This document shows positions 1 to 9,264 of a stretch of 64,000 bases of DNA, one piece after another. Both the position numbers and the translations under genes were made by a program. Numbering within the stretch: the stretch's first letter is position 1; every line of letters starts with the position of its first letter. This DNA comes from an uncultured Clostridia bacterium. Lineage in GTDB: Bacteria > Bacillota > Clostridia > Oscillospirales > CAG-272. The notes under the pieces were generated by a model. It was given only the letters and a program-made list of their open reading frames with translations. It was not told the DNA's origin and did no database searches. The DNA lies in assembly GCA_947627475.1 (NCBI GenBank), contig CANQWE010000004.1, positions 7-64,006 of the forward strand. Reading direction: 5' to 3'.

Positions 1-102
1 GCGGAAGAAGGGGACGTTTACAACATAGAAAAAGACAGCGCCCAGCGAGATGCCAGGCGCTGCCGTATGGACGTTAAAATGTGTCGCTTGTTTGAGAAGT
101 AA
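1..102 (+). CDS. 3' end of an unidentified ORF entering from the left edge (33 codons)
   Basis: Frame 1 is open from nt 1 to TAA at 100-102 and is followed at once by a strong terminator hairpin. Too short to assign a family. Confidence 0.3.
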   Translation, partial: AEEGDVYNIEKDSAQRDARRCRMDVKMCRLFEK

Positions 103-104
103 TA

Positions 105-135
105 AAAGCCTTTCCCTTTCGGGAAAGGCTTTTTT
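105..135. terminator. Bidirectional intrinsic terminator
   Basis: 12-bp stem aaagcctttccc / gggaaaggcttt with tttc loop, A-run upstream and T-run downstream. Lies between two convergent stop codons (102 and 138). Confidence 0.8.
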
Positions 136-137
136 AC

Positions 138-1106
138 TTATGCCCAAGAAATCGAAGTGGGCAGCGGTTCAGAGATAAGGGTATCCTTTAAAAATTCTAC
201 AGCCTTGGTCAGTCCCTCATCCACGCTCATGAGACTGTCCTCGTGTTCGATGGAAATCGCTCCATCATATCCCACAAGGCGCAGGTTGCTGATCACATCT
301 CTCCACCATTGGGCATCGTGACCATAGCCAACGGTTCTAAACGACCAGGAACGATCCTTTACATGGATATAATGCTTGGTATCCAGCACGCCGTTTCTGC
401 CTGTATTGATCGAATCTACCTTGGTATCCTTTGCATGGAAATGATAGATGGCGTCACCCAGATACCGAATTGCAGCCACAGGATCGACTCCCTGCCAGAT
501 CAGGTGTGAGGGGTCAAAGTTTGCACCGATCACCGGACCCACTGCTTCGCGAAGCTTCATCAGCGTTTCTGGGTTGTATACACAGAAGCCGGGATGCATT
601 TCGAAAGCAATCTTCGTCACGCCATGACCCTGCGCATAGGCGCTGGCCTCTTTCCAGTAGGGGATCAGCACTTCATTCCACTGAAACTCCAGCACGTCTA
701 AAAAATCTCCGGGCCAGGGACAAGTTACCCAGTTGGGCCGTTTGTCCTCCGGACTTCCGCCAGGGCAGCCAGAAAATGTTACTATGGTGTCGCATCCAAC
801 CTTTTCTGCCAAAAGAACAGCTTCCCGGAAGTCTCGGTCAAAGGCTGCAGCCGTTTCCTTGTCGGGATGTACAGGGTTGCCGTGACAGGCCAAGGCCGCC
901 AGTTCCATATCGTATTTTTTAAATGTATCTTTCCATTCCTGGAGCGCTTTCTCATCTGCCAAAAGCTTTGCAGGATTGCACTGGTTTTTTCCGGGGAATC
1001 CGCCGGCGCCGATCTCTACCGCCTGCACCCCCATGGGATTCAGCTTTGCCAGTGTTTCGTCCAGGGTGAGATCCCCAAACAGATTTGCCAAAACACATAA
1101 TTTCAT
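138..1106 (-). CDS. Sugar phosphate isomerase/epimerase (xylose-isomerase-like TIM barrel) family protein
   Basis: Family-typical sequence (MKLCVLANLFGD..., AVEIGAGG, FEMHPG, SIEHED). Start moved to the ATG at 1106, preceded by GGAG. Confidence 0.8.
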   Translation of the reverse strand: MKLCVLANLFGDLTLDETLAKLNPMGVQAVEIGAGGFPGKNQCNPAKLLADEKALQEWKDTFKKYDMELAALACHGNPVHPDKETAAAFDRDFREAVLLAEKVGCDTIVTFSGCPGGSPEDKRPNWVTCPWPGDFLDVLEFQWNEVLIPYWKEASAYAQGHGVTKIAFEMHPGFCVYNPETLMKLREAVGPVIGANFDPSHLIWQGVDPVAAIRYLGDAIYHFHAKDTKVDSINTGRNGVLDTKHYIHVKDRSWSFRTVGYGHDAQWWRDVISNLRLVGYDGAISIEHEDSLMSVDEGLTKAVEFLKDTLISEPLPTSISWA

Positions 1107-1270
1107 AGTAATCTCCATTCCGTCAGCAGATACCGTTAAAAGTCCTCTCACCGACACAAAATAGTATTAAAATGTAGCTGTGCAAATACAGATACATTTA
1201 TACATTTGGGTGTAAAAAAGCTGTAGGCTCAACTTTTTCCGCCCTTAGCATTCTTCTTTTTGTATCATTT

Positions 1271-1528
1271 TCAGCAATCATGAGGTCTGCTGCACATATC
1301 ATGCATTTTGCAGCAAGGACACTTGAAATTTGCCTTATTATATGTATAAACAGAAAATTGTCTAAAAATGAGCTGATACCACTTCACATAAAATCGATGG
1401 CCGCAGTTTGGACATACAAACGGTTTATCGGCAAGGGACGCTAAAATTGCAATCTTAGGAAATAATTTTAACCAGGCGAAAAGCACAAGTACCAATATAA
1501 CAACAATGACTGCAAGGATAGCTTCCAT
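1271..1528 (-). CDS. Small membrane-anchored zinc-ribbon protein (hypothetical)
   Basis: 85 aa with an N-terminal hydrophobic helix, then CPNC ... CPCC. Strong SD (caggagga) upstream of the ATG. Confidence 0.55.
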   Translation of the reverse strand: MEAILAVIVVILVLVLFAWLKLFPKIAILASLADKPFVCPNCGHRFYVKWYQLIFRQFSVYTYNKANFKCPCCKMHDMCSRPHDC

Positions 1529-1587
1529 AGTATCCTCCTGTGACTCTCATTGACAGAAAACCGACAAAGCAGAAGCGCAATATTTTA

Positions 1588-2688
1588 TTATTTATTCAAG
1601 AACACAATGTCGCCGGTCTTTGCAGATTCGTAGATACCCTCCAGAATCTGTGTAACGCAGTATGCCTGCTCCGGCAGAACGCAGGGATCCTTATCGTCGA
1701 TTATGGACTGGATCCACTGATATGCCTCCCGCTCTCCATCGGAACCGCCACTAAATCCGCTATAATATGCTACAGCGCCTGTACTCAAATCAATATTCTT
1801 GACAACCTGCCGATTGCCTTCAACTGAGTTAAAACGCAGGCCGTCCAGCATATCGGCACCGCCCTTGGTACCACAGATCAAAGTCTGTGCTTCCCGAACT
1901 TCCAAAGTATTCAGCGCCCATGCAGATTCCAGGCTGATGGTAGCGCCGTTTTCCATCACAATAAAGCCGAATGCAGAATCCTCTACCGTAAACTCATCAG
2001 GATTCCAGTCACCGCATGCGTTGCCGGTTTGTGTCTGATAACGGAACTTATGATAGGAGGTTCCCACACAGTATTTGGGCTTGTAGTTATCCATAGTCCA
2101 CAGAGTCAAGTCCAGCGCGTGGGTTCCGATATCGATCAGAGGACCGCCACCCTGCTCATACTCATTCAGGAAAACGCCCCAAGTAGGCACAAATCTGCGG
2201 CGAACCGCAAATGCTTTCGCAAAGTAAATATCGCCGAATTCTCCCCGTACAGCCGCTTCCTTCAAATACTGGGAATCGTTTCTCTGCCGGTTCTGATAGC
2301 CGATGGTGAGCTTTTTGCCAGTGCGCTTTGCAGCGTCGATCATCTTCATAGCTTCCGCAGAGTTGATCGCCATAGGCTTTTCACACATAACATGCTTGCC
2401 GGCTTCCAGCGCGTCTACCGTGATGAAGCTGTGAGAGCGGTTAGGGGTACACACGTGCACTACGTCAATGGAGGCGTCCTCCAACAGCTTTTTATAGTCT
2501 GTGTAAACCTTTGCGTCCTTGGTGCCGTATTTTGCTTTTGCAGCCTCAGCCCGGGACTCCTCCAAATCGCAGAAAGCAACCATTTCTGCCTGGGGAACAG
2601 ATTTGAGGCCGGGCATATGCTTTCCGTTTGCAATACCGCCGCAGCCGATGATCCCTACCCGTACTTTTTCATTTGCCATTGTTGCCAT
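1588..2688 (-). CDS. Gfo/Idh/MocA family NAD(P)-dependent oxidoreductase
   Basis: N-terminal Rossmann motif VGIIGCGGIANGKH, EKPMA motif, family-typical length. SD ggaggaag upstream. Confidence 0.9.
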   Translation of the reverse strand: MATMANEKVRVGIIGCGGIANGKHMPGLKSVPQAEMVAFCDLEESRAEAAKAKYGTKDAKVYTDYKKLLEDASIDVVHVCTPNRSHSFITVDALEAGKHVMCEKPMAINSAEAMKMIDAAKRTGKKLTIGYQNRQRNDSQYLKEAAVRGEFGDIYFAKAFAVRRRFVPTWGVFLNEYEQGGGPLIDIGTHALDLTLWTMDNYKPKYCVGTSYHKFRYQTQTGNACGDWNPDEFTVEDSAFGFIVMENGATISLESAWALNTLEVREAQTLICGTKGGADMLDGLRFNSVEGNRQVVKNIDLSTGAVAYYSGFSGGSDGEREAYQWIQSIIDDKDPCVLPEQAYCVTQILEGIYESAKTGDIVFLNK

Positions 2689-2740
2689 TCGTTCTTCCTC
2701 CGAACTCTTGTTAGTTTATGTACTTATTTCATTTTAATGA

Positions 2741-2769
2741 AATCATTTTGGGATTGCAAGGGCTATCAA
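2741..2769 (-). promoter_or_regulatory. Candidate sigma-A promoter for the oxidoreductase gene
   Basis: Minus strand reads TTGCAA, 17 nt, TAAAAT, about 50 nt upstream of the start at 2688. Confidence 0.4.
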
Positions 2770-2889
2770 ATAAATTGTGCGGGCATTTTTGAATATCGTG
2801 TTTTTGCACATAATATGCAAATCATTTTGTGCATTTTTGCTATACAATACTACAGGCGGGAACTTGCCCAAACAAGATCCCGCCTTATA

Positions 2890-4032
2890 TTATTTACCAT
2901 TCAGTCTCCATTTTGTATATAAAACACTGGTATGCCAATCACCAGGCCAGCACTGATAATATACCGTCATGATAGAACCGTCGGACAGTTCTACAGAAGC
3001 AGGGTATCCCATATCCAACTGCCCGTCTACTTCATCATTGATACAATAATCTTCTGTCCAGGTTTCCCCATTGTCATAGCTGACACAAGCCCTCTCACTT
3101 CTATCCTCAGGATCGCGGTCTTTCTTGAAGCCGGAGCCTCGACGGCGGCCGTAAGAACAAATAACAGCGCCGCTGGAATGCACCATCAGATGCGGAGGAG
3201 CGCCATCTACACCTATACAGACCGGTGCAGACCAAGTTTTTCCATTATCATCTGAATACGTTGTATATACGGTAAAATCCGGCTGTGTTTTTCTCTCGTG
3301 AACACGGATGGCGCCAAGAAGCCGTCCGCTGGGCAGTTCTACCACATGGGGCTCATGCATATTGTCCACTACGATGTCCTCTCCCACCGGAACGGTACCC
3401 GTATGGGTCCATGTATAACCACCATCCCCACTTGTATAAACCACAATAGGATTTGGTGCCTCATAATCCGGATCCATCTGCTTGCCCATATATACCAGAG
3501 TGCCATCCTTGCATACAGACGGGCCATGGGGAGCGGTGAGCGGAACGCGGATAGGATCGCTCCAGGTCACGCCGTAGTCCTCAGACACTTTTACAAACGC
3601 GCCGACTGCATTTTTTCGATCCTCTTCGGAAAGCAGCTTCCAGCATTCAGTAAAGCCTTTTGAAATCGCCTTGTCGTTTTTTGGAAACCAGTCGTAAGAC
3701 TGAATGCCCTCACAGTAGTCCTCATAGCAAAGAGTAAACCAACTCATGAGCATTTTCCCGCCGCCTATGTAGGTGATCCCGGCGTCCCGATCGTCAAAAT
3801 AAGAATCATTGACCACAATGGGAGGACACCAGGTTTTTCCCTCGTCCCTACTGATCCACATACAGTTTTTACCGGTAGGATCCACATGGGACATACGCAT
3901 AGACGATGCGGCTGTATACAGCACACCATTTTCATCCTTGCAAACAGTTGGCCAGCCGTTGTACTTGAAGCATGTGGTCGGTTTTTGCCGGAACACAATG
4001 CCATGCTCTACCTCTGGTCTGAACGATTTCAT
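2890..4032 (-). CDS. BNR/Asp-box repeat, sialidase-fold (beta-propeller) protein without signal peptide
   Basis: Five Asp-box repeats SxDxGxTW (SRDEGKTW, SEDYGVTW, SGDGGYTW, SDDNGKTW, SYDNGETW). No N-terminal hydrophobic leader. SD aaaaggag. Confidence 0.8.
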   Translation of the reverse strand: MKSFRPEVEHGIVFRQKPTTCFKYNGWPTVCKDENGVLYTAASSMRMSHVDPTGKNCMWISRDEGKTWCPPIVVNDSYFDDRDAGITYIGGGKMLMSWFTLCYEDYCEGIQSYDWFPKNDKAISKGFTECWKLLSEEDRKNAVGAFVKVSEDYGVTWSDPIRVPLTAPHGPSVCKDGTLVYMGKQMDPDYEAPNPIVVYTSGDGGYTWTHTGTVPVGEDIVVDNMHEPHVVELPSGRLLGAIRVHERKTQPDFTVYTTYSDDNGKTWSAPVCIGVDGAPPHLMVHSSGAVICSYGRRRGSGFKKDRDPEDRSERACVSYDNGETWTEDYCINDEVDGQLDMGYPASVELSDGSIMTVYYQCWPGDWHTSVLYTKWRLNGK

Positions 4033-4047
4033 ATATAACTGCTCCTT

Positions 4048-5172
4048 TTATGCAAGGGGCCCTGCCCCTTTTTTGTGAAAATAAACAGATACTGCAATCT
4101 GCCTCATCTGTTCCAGCTTCTGCTCCATATCTGCAGCCAATTTCAGCTGATTGCGGGCGCGATCCCGATTGTGAGCAGGATAGCGGGTCTGATAATATGC
4201 ATCTCCCACCAGATAATCCGTTAGGAATCGAATTCCCGTTTCCAAGGTCATCAAATAGGCGCCCATCGGAAGAGAGGCGGCTTCTTCCTTTGTTATCACA
4301 TCCCGCAATTCTCCCATAAATCCCCGTACAATTACCTCATACTTAGATAGACTCAGCTCTACCCCATCCAGGCTTACCGCATCTTCCTTTGCCGTAGACG
4401 CGCCAAACCGTACAGTCTCTCCAAAATCGTACAGAAGAGAGCCGGGCATAACCGTATCCAAGTCAATGACACAAATGCCTTCCCCGGTATCTTTATCCAT
4501 TAGGACATTGCTGAGTTTGGCATCATTATGCGTTACACGCAGCAAAAGCCTGCCATCGGCTATACCATCTGTAATATATGACAAATCCCCAGCCCGTTTT
4601 AGGACAAAATCGATTTCCCTCTGCATTTCTGCTGCACGGCTCATTTTGTCTCGGCGTACTGCCTCCTTTAATACGGCCAATCGACCTCTGGTATCATGAA
4701 AGTTCGCAATCGTCTCATAAAGAGCGTCTGCCGGATAATCGGATAACTGCTTCAAAAAGCGGCCAAAGGCAGCTGCGCTTTGATACAGTATCTGGGGATC
4801 ATCGGTAAAATCATAGGAAACCACATTTTCAATTTCCAAAAAAGCACGCCAACATCCGCCGTCCGGGTCCACATAAAAATCACCGCCATAATTGGTGGCG
4901 ATCACCGTCCTGGACCGTCTGGACGGATCTCCTCCTTCGTCTGCCACTTTACGGGCGATATGCAGACTGATCTCCTTAATATTGAACATCAGCTGCCCCG
5001 GATTTTGAAAAATACCTGTGTTTATTCGCTGCAGTATATATTGGGGATTACCCTCGCCGCAGTCAACAAAAAAAGTATTATTGATGTGTCCCGAAGAAAA
5101 GGGAATAAAACGAACCGGCTTTGCGGCAAAGCAAAAAGCCTGGGCTACCCTTTCAAGATATTTGGGGGACAT
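4048..5172 (-). CDS. N-acetylhexosamine 1-kinase-like (NahK/APH-fold) kinase, copy 1
   Basis: GHINNTF, YILQRINT, VTHNDAKLSNVLMD, IDLDTVMPGS, YDFGE..RFGAST match my recollection of Bifidobacterium NahK along the full length. Confidence 0.8.
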   Translation of the reverse strand: MSPKYLERVAQAFCFAAKPVRFIPFSSGHINNTFFVDCGEGNPQYILQRINTGIFQNPGQLMFNIKEISLHIARKVADEGGDPSRRSRTVIATNYGGDFYVDPDGGCWRAFLEIENVVSYDFTDDPQILYQSAAAFGRFLKQLSDYPADALYETIANFHDTRGRLAVLKEAVRRDKMSRAAEMQREIDFVLKRAGDLSYITDGIADGRLLLRVTHNDAKLSNVLMDKDTGEGICVIDLDTVMPGSLLYDFGETVRFGASTAKEDAVSLDGVELSLSKYEVIVRGFMGELRDVITKEEAASLPMGAYLMTLETGIRFLTDYLVGDAYYQTRYPAHNRDRARNQLKLAADMEQKLEQMRQIAVSVYFHKKGAGPLA

Positions 5173-5207
5173 ACGGCTCCCTCCGCAGCTTTTATATAAG
5201 ATTTATC

Positions 5208-6302
5208 TTACAGATACTTTCTTACAATGGCGTTCATCTGATCCATCTTTTTATCCATATCCGCCACAAGCTTGAGCTGATTGCGGGCACGGTCCCGGTT
5301 CTGCTCAGGATAGTGAATCTGGAAGTAAACATCACCATTCAAATAGTCGCCAAGGAAACGGATGCCCACTTCCAGCGTCATAAGATATGCGCCCATGGGA
5401 AGGCCAAGAATTTCTTCTTCCGTCATGGCATCCCGCAGCTCCCCTACAAAGCCCCGGACAAATGTCTCAAACATTTCCAGATCCAGTTCTACCTTATCCA
5501 GATCTGTTTCGTCCTCCCTTGCGGTAGATGCGCCAAAGCGGATTGCATCGCCAAAATCATATAAAATGGAGCCGGGCATAACCGTATCCAAATCGATAAT
5601 GCAGACGCCTTCACCGGTGACTGCGTCCATCAGTACATTATTCAGTTTTGTATCGTTGTGGGTCACGCACAGCTTGATTCTGCCGTCGGCGATCCGGTCA
5701 ATGATATAAGAGCATTTGTCCGCTTTAGACAGTGCAAATGCAATTTCACTACGCATTTCAGCTGCGCGGCCCATTTTATCTTCTGCTACTGCCTGTTTAA
5801 AGTCGTTCATACGGCTTACAGAATTGTGGAAGTTGGGAATAGTTTCAAACAAGGTATCTGCAGGGTAGTCCGACAGCTGCTTGAAAAAGCGGCCGAAAGC
5901 CACGGCACTTTTGTAGAACAGCTCGGGAGAATCGGGGGAGTCATAGGAAATCACATTGTCGATTTCCAAATAGGCGCGCCAGTATCGTCCGTCCGGATCG
6001 ATATAATAGTCGTTTCCGTCTTTGGTCTCGATAATTTTACGAGCCTCTCTGTCCGGATTTCCACCGGCTTCCATTACTTTTTTCGCAACATGGCGGGTGA
6101 CGCCTTTGATATTGGACATCAGCTCCAGAGGCTTTTTAAAAATATCTGTGTTGACCCGCTGCAGTATATACTGGGGATTGCCCTCGCCGCAGTCAACAAA
6201 AAATGTGTTGTTAATATGACCTGTGTCACACCGCTCAAAACGCACCGGTTTTGCTGCAAACTGAAAGGCATTTCCCGCCTCTTCAAGATATTTGATCGAC
6301 AT
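5208..6302 (-). CDS. N-acetylhexosamine 1-kinase-like (NahK/APH-fold) kinase, copy 2
   Basis: Paralogue of 4048-5172 (VTHNDTKLNNVLMD, IDLDTVMPGS). Start set to the ATG at 6302 (MSIKYLEE), preceded by acaggagga. The longer ORF to 6497 has no support. Confidence 0.8.
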   Translation of the reverse strand: MSIKYLEEAGNAFQFAAKPVRFERCDTGHINNTFFVDCGEGNPQYILQRVNTDIFKKPLELMSNIKGVTRHVAKKVMEAGGNPDREARKIIETKDGNDYYIDPDGRYWRAYLEIDNVISYDSPDSPELFYKSAVAFGRFFKQLSDYPADTLFETIPNFHNSVSRMNDFKQAVAEDKMGRAAEMRSEIAFALSKADKCSYIIDRIADGRIKLCVTHNDTKLNNVLMDAVTGEGVCIIDLDTVMPGSILYDFGDAIRFGASTAREDETDLDKVELDLEMFETFVRGFVGELRDAMTEEEILGLPMGAYLMTLEVGIRFLGDYLNGDVYFQIHYPEQNRDRARNQLKLVADMDKKMDQMNAIVRKYL

Positions 6303-6526
6303 AAGTCCTCCTGTAATAAACACGGCCTGGGGCCGATATCGTTTATACCGAAAATTCGGCATCTGCGCACGCGCAAAGGAAAAACGTGTCCGTTCTTTTG
6401 ACACATTTTTCTGAGTTGCAGTCCTTTCATTATACCTTTCCAAATTGTACCTGTCAAGATATTTGCTAAAAAATACGGATGTGCGATTCCTTCCCACAGA
6501 AATTGCAAAGATAAGGCCGCTGCTAC

Positions 6527-6555
6527 TTGACTAAAGTTTGGTATTGGTTTATAAT
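6527..6555 (+). promoter_or_regulatory. Candidate sigma-A promoter for serC-serA
   Basis: TTGACT, 17 nt, TATAAT, 55 nt upstream of the serC ATG. Confidence 0.6.
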
Positions 6556-6610
6556 GATGAGTAATAATAAATTTTGCCAATTTGGCATGACATAGGAAAG
6601 GACTTCTATT

Positions 6611-7696
6611 ATGAACAGAGTATTCAACTTCTCAGCCGGTCCCTCCATGCTTCCGCTGCCTGTTCTTGAAACAGCCGCAGCTGAACTGGTTTGCTACAAA
6701 GACAGTGGGATGTCTGTGATGGAGATGAGTCATCGTTCCCCAGCTTATGAAGAAATCATCACTGCCGCCGGAACCTGCCTGCGGTCCCTGATGCAAATTC
6801 CCGACAACTATCAGGTACTTTTCATGCAGGGCGGCGCATCCACCCAGTTTGCCTGCGTTCCCCTGAATCTTATGAAAACCGGGAAGGCAGACTACGTTCT
6901 TTCCGGACAGTTTTCCACAAAAGCATACAAAGAAGCCTTGAAATTTGGCGACGCACAGGCAGTTGCTTCTTCCAAGGATGATAATTTCTCCAAAATACCC
7001 GCGCTCACCAGAGATACTTTCCGTCCGGACGCCGACTATGTGCATATCTGCTTCAACAACACCATTTACGGCACAAAATACAATGCAATTCCTGATACAG
7101 GCAATATCCCACTGGTAGCAGATATGTCCTCCTGTATTCTTTCTGAACCCATTGACGTATCCCGTTTCGGCGTAATTTATGCCGGCGCTCAGAAGAATAT
7201 GGCTCCTGCAGGTGTTACAGTAGTTATTGTGCGCGAAGATCTGCTTGGCAATGCACGCCCCGAGACACCTGCAATGCTGGATTGGAAGCTGATGGCAGAC
7301 AACGACTCCATGTACAATACGCCTCCCTGCTATTCCATTTATATGCTGAAACTGGTTTGCGAGTGGGTACAGTCTATCGGTGGACTTTCCGAAATGAAAA
7401 AACGCAACGAAAAGAAAGCCGCTCTTTTGTATGATTATCTGGATAGCCAGAACTATTACATCGCTCCGGTAGATCCGGCATACCGCTCTATGATGAACGT
7501 AACTTTCATTACAGGAGATGCGGATCTGGATAAAAAATTTGCTGCCGAAGCTGGTGCTGCGGGACTGAAAAACCTGAAAGGCCACCGATCTGTAGGCGGT
7601 ATGCGCGCTTCTATCTATAATGCAATGCCCATAGAAGGCGTGGAAGCACTGGTTGCCTTTATGAAAAAATTTGCTGCTGAGAATCCCAAGCAGTAA
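6611..7696 (+). CDS. serC: Phosphoserine aminotransferase
   Basis: FNFSAGPSMLP N-terminus, GAQKN PLP-lysine motif, 361 aa. Confidence 0.93.
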   Translation: MNRVFNFSAGPSMLPLPVLETAAAELVCYKDSGMSVMEMSHRSPAYEEIITAAGTCLRSLMQIPDNYQVLFMQGGASTQFACVPLNLMKTGKADYVLSGQFSTKAYKEALKFGDAQAVASSKDDNFSKIPALTRDTFRPDADYVHICFNNTIYGTKYNAIPDTGNIPLVADMSSCILSEPIDVSRFGVIYAGAQKNMAPAGVTVVIVREDLLGNARPETPAMLDWKLMADNDSMYNTPPCYSIYMLKLVCEWVQSIGGLSEMKKRNEKKAALLYDYLDSQNYYIAPVDPAYRSMMNVTFITGDADLDKKFAAEAGAAGLKNLKGHRSVGGMRASIYNAMPIEGVEALVAFMKKFAAENPKQ

Positions 7697-7737
7697 GTAA
7701 ATCCTTCAATATATCATTATATGAAAGGTTCTGTAAA

Positions 7738-8892
7738 ATGAAAAACATTAAACTTTTAAATAAAATCGCCGCCTGCGGCACAGAAGAATTTGACCCGGCA
7801 GCATATACCGTAGGGGAAGATATTTCCGCTCCCCAGGCTATCATGGTCCGCAGTGCCGCCATGCATGATATGGAATTCGGCAGCGAATTGGAGGCCATCG
7901 CCAGAGCTGGCGCAGGCGTAAACAATATTCCCGTGGATACATGTGCCGACAAGGGAATTGTTGTGTTCAACACTCCGGGAGCCAACGCGAACGGCGTAAA
8001 AGAACTTGCCATTGCCGCGCTGCTTCTGGCATCCAGAAAGATTGTAGACGGTATCAACTGGGCCGGCACACTGGAAACAGATGTTGCCAAATCTGTAGAA
8101 AAAGGCAAGAGCAAATTTGCCGGCTGTGAAATCAAAGGGAAAACCCTTGGCGTTATTGGTCTTGGCGCCATCGGTGGTCTTGTTGCAAACGCTGCCAGAG
8201 AAATGGGCATGAACGTGATTGGCTGCGATCCTTTCATGACGGTCAATGCCGCCTGGAAGCTGAGCCGTGGTGTAAAAAGCGCCGCTACATATGAAGATAT
8301 TTATAAATCTGCCGACTATATTACACTGCATGTTCCTGCAACTCCCCAAACAAAGAATATGATCTCGGCCCAAACTCTGGCTATGATGAAGGACGGCGTA
8401 AAGATTATCAATCTTTCCCGTGCAGACCTGGTATGCGCCGACGATGTTAAAGCTGCCATTGCCAGCGGCAAGGTTGCAAAATATGTAACAGACTTCCCTA
8501 CGGAGGATTTGATCAACCAGCCCGGCATCATCACCATTCCCCATCTGGGTGCATCTACCGTAGAATCGGAGGATAACTGTGCCGTGATGGCCGCACATGA
8601 GCTGATCGACTATCTGGAAAACGGGAATATTACCAACAGTGTAAATTATCCTGCGATCTCTATGCCCCGGTCCGGTTTGGCACGACTCGTGGTGCTTCAT
8701 AAAAACCAGCCAGAAATGCTCACAAGCATCACTGCCGTTTTGGCGTCTGACGGCGTCAACATCGATAATATGACCAGCCGGTCCAAAGGCGATTATGCCT
8801 GCGCCCTGCTGGACTGCGTGGGGGAAGTCACACCGGCACATGCGGCTGATATTGCTGCAATCAACGGTGTTATTCGTGTATTGATTAAGTAG
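7738..8892 (+). CDS. serA: D-3-phosphoglycerate dehydrogenase (short form with C-terminal ACT domain)
   Basis: 2-hydroxyacid dehydrogenase NAD motif GVIGLGAIGG, HxP catalytic region, C-terminal ACT-like segment. Adjacent to serC. Confidence 0.9.
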   Translation: MKNIKLLNKIAACGTEEFDPAAYTVGEDISAPQAIMVRSAAMHDMEFGSELEAIARAGAGVNNIPVDTCADKGIVVFNTPGANANGVKELAIAALLLASRKIVDGINWAGTLETDVAKSVEKGKSKFAGCEIKGKTLGVIGLGAIGGLVANAAREMGMNVIGCDPFMTVNAAWKLSRGVKSAATYEDIYKSADYITLHVPATPQTKNMISAQTLAMMKDGVKIINLSRADLVCADDVKAAIASGKVAKYVTDFPTEDLINQPGIITIPHLGASTVESEDNCAVMAAHELIDYLENGNITNSVNYPAISMPRSGLARLVVLHKNQPEMLTSITAVLASDGVNIDNMTSRSKGDYACALLDCVGEVTPAHAADIAAINGVIRVLIK

Positions 8893-9014
8893 AATAAAGA
8901 ACCAGGAAACTTTCTTAGATACTTCCCTGAAAGCCTCCTAAGGCGAAAAACATTTGTTACCTTGGCGGGCCACACACAAGGCTACACTTCCATCACACGG
9001 TTCTGCCATGACAC

Positions 9015-9139
9015 CTCCCCGGTGTTTCAAGGGATGAAACACCGGGGAGACTATATAACTATGCTTCATCGATATCCCCTTGGAGTTTTCTGTACTCCCC
9101 CCTCTGACGAGGGGGAGTGAAGTTGCTGAAGGGAGATAT
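9015..9139 (+). other. Cluster of very stable stem-loops in a non-coding gap (function unknown)
   Basis: Perfect 15-bp hairpin at 9015-9049 (ctccccggtgtttca / tgaaacaccggggag). Nested structure at 9072-9139 with an outer 10-bp stem and an inner C/G-rich hairpin at 9094-9118. No T-tracts follow. Confidence 0.5.
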
Positions 9140-9236
9140 ATTACTATCCCGTTAAAACAGCTTTAAAAGTGTTTGTTTTGAAGCTGTTTGGTTTATCTTC
9201 CTGTCCCTTTTCGAGCGAATCAGCAAACAGAACTCT

Positions 9237-9264
9237 GCAGGATGCGCATAGCGCATCCTGCTTT
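9237..9264 (+). terminator. Stem-loop, weak terminator candidate upstream of the pseudouridine synthase gene
   Basis: 11-bp stem gcaggatgcgc / gcgcatcctgc with a 3-nt loop, followed by only TTT. Confidence 0.35.

Noticed and set aside
2029-2922. 297-aa plus-strand ORF
   Set aside because: It is antisense to the Gfo/Idh/MocA gene and runs through the intergenic promoter region.
5173-6497. Extended 429-aa version of the second NahK-like ORF
   Set aside because: The extra 65 N-terminal residues have no counterpart in the paralogue. A strong SD precedes the internal ATG at 6302.
6632-8841. Minus-strand ORFs 6632-7585 and 7756-8841
   Set aside because: They are antisense to serC and serA and show no family features.
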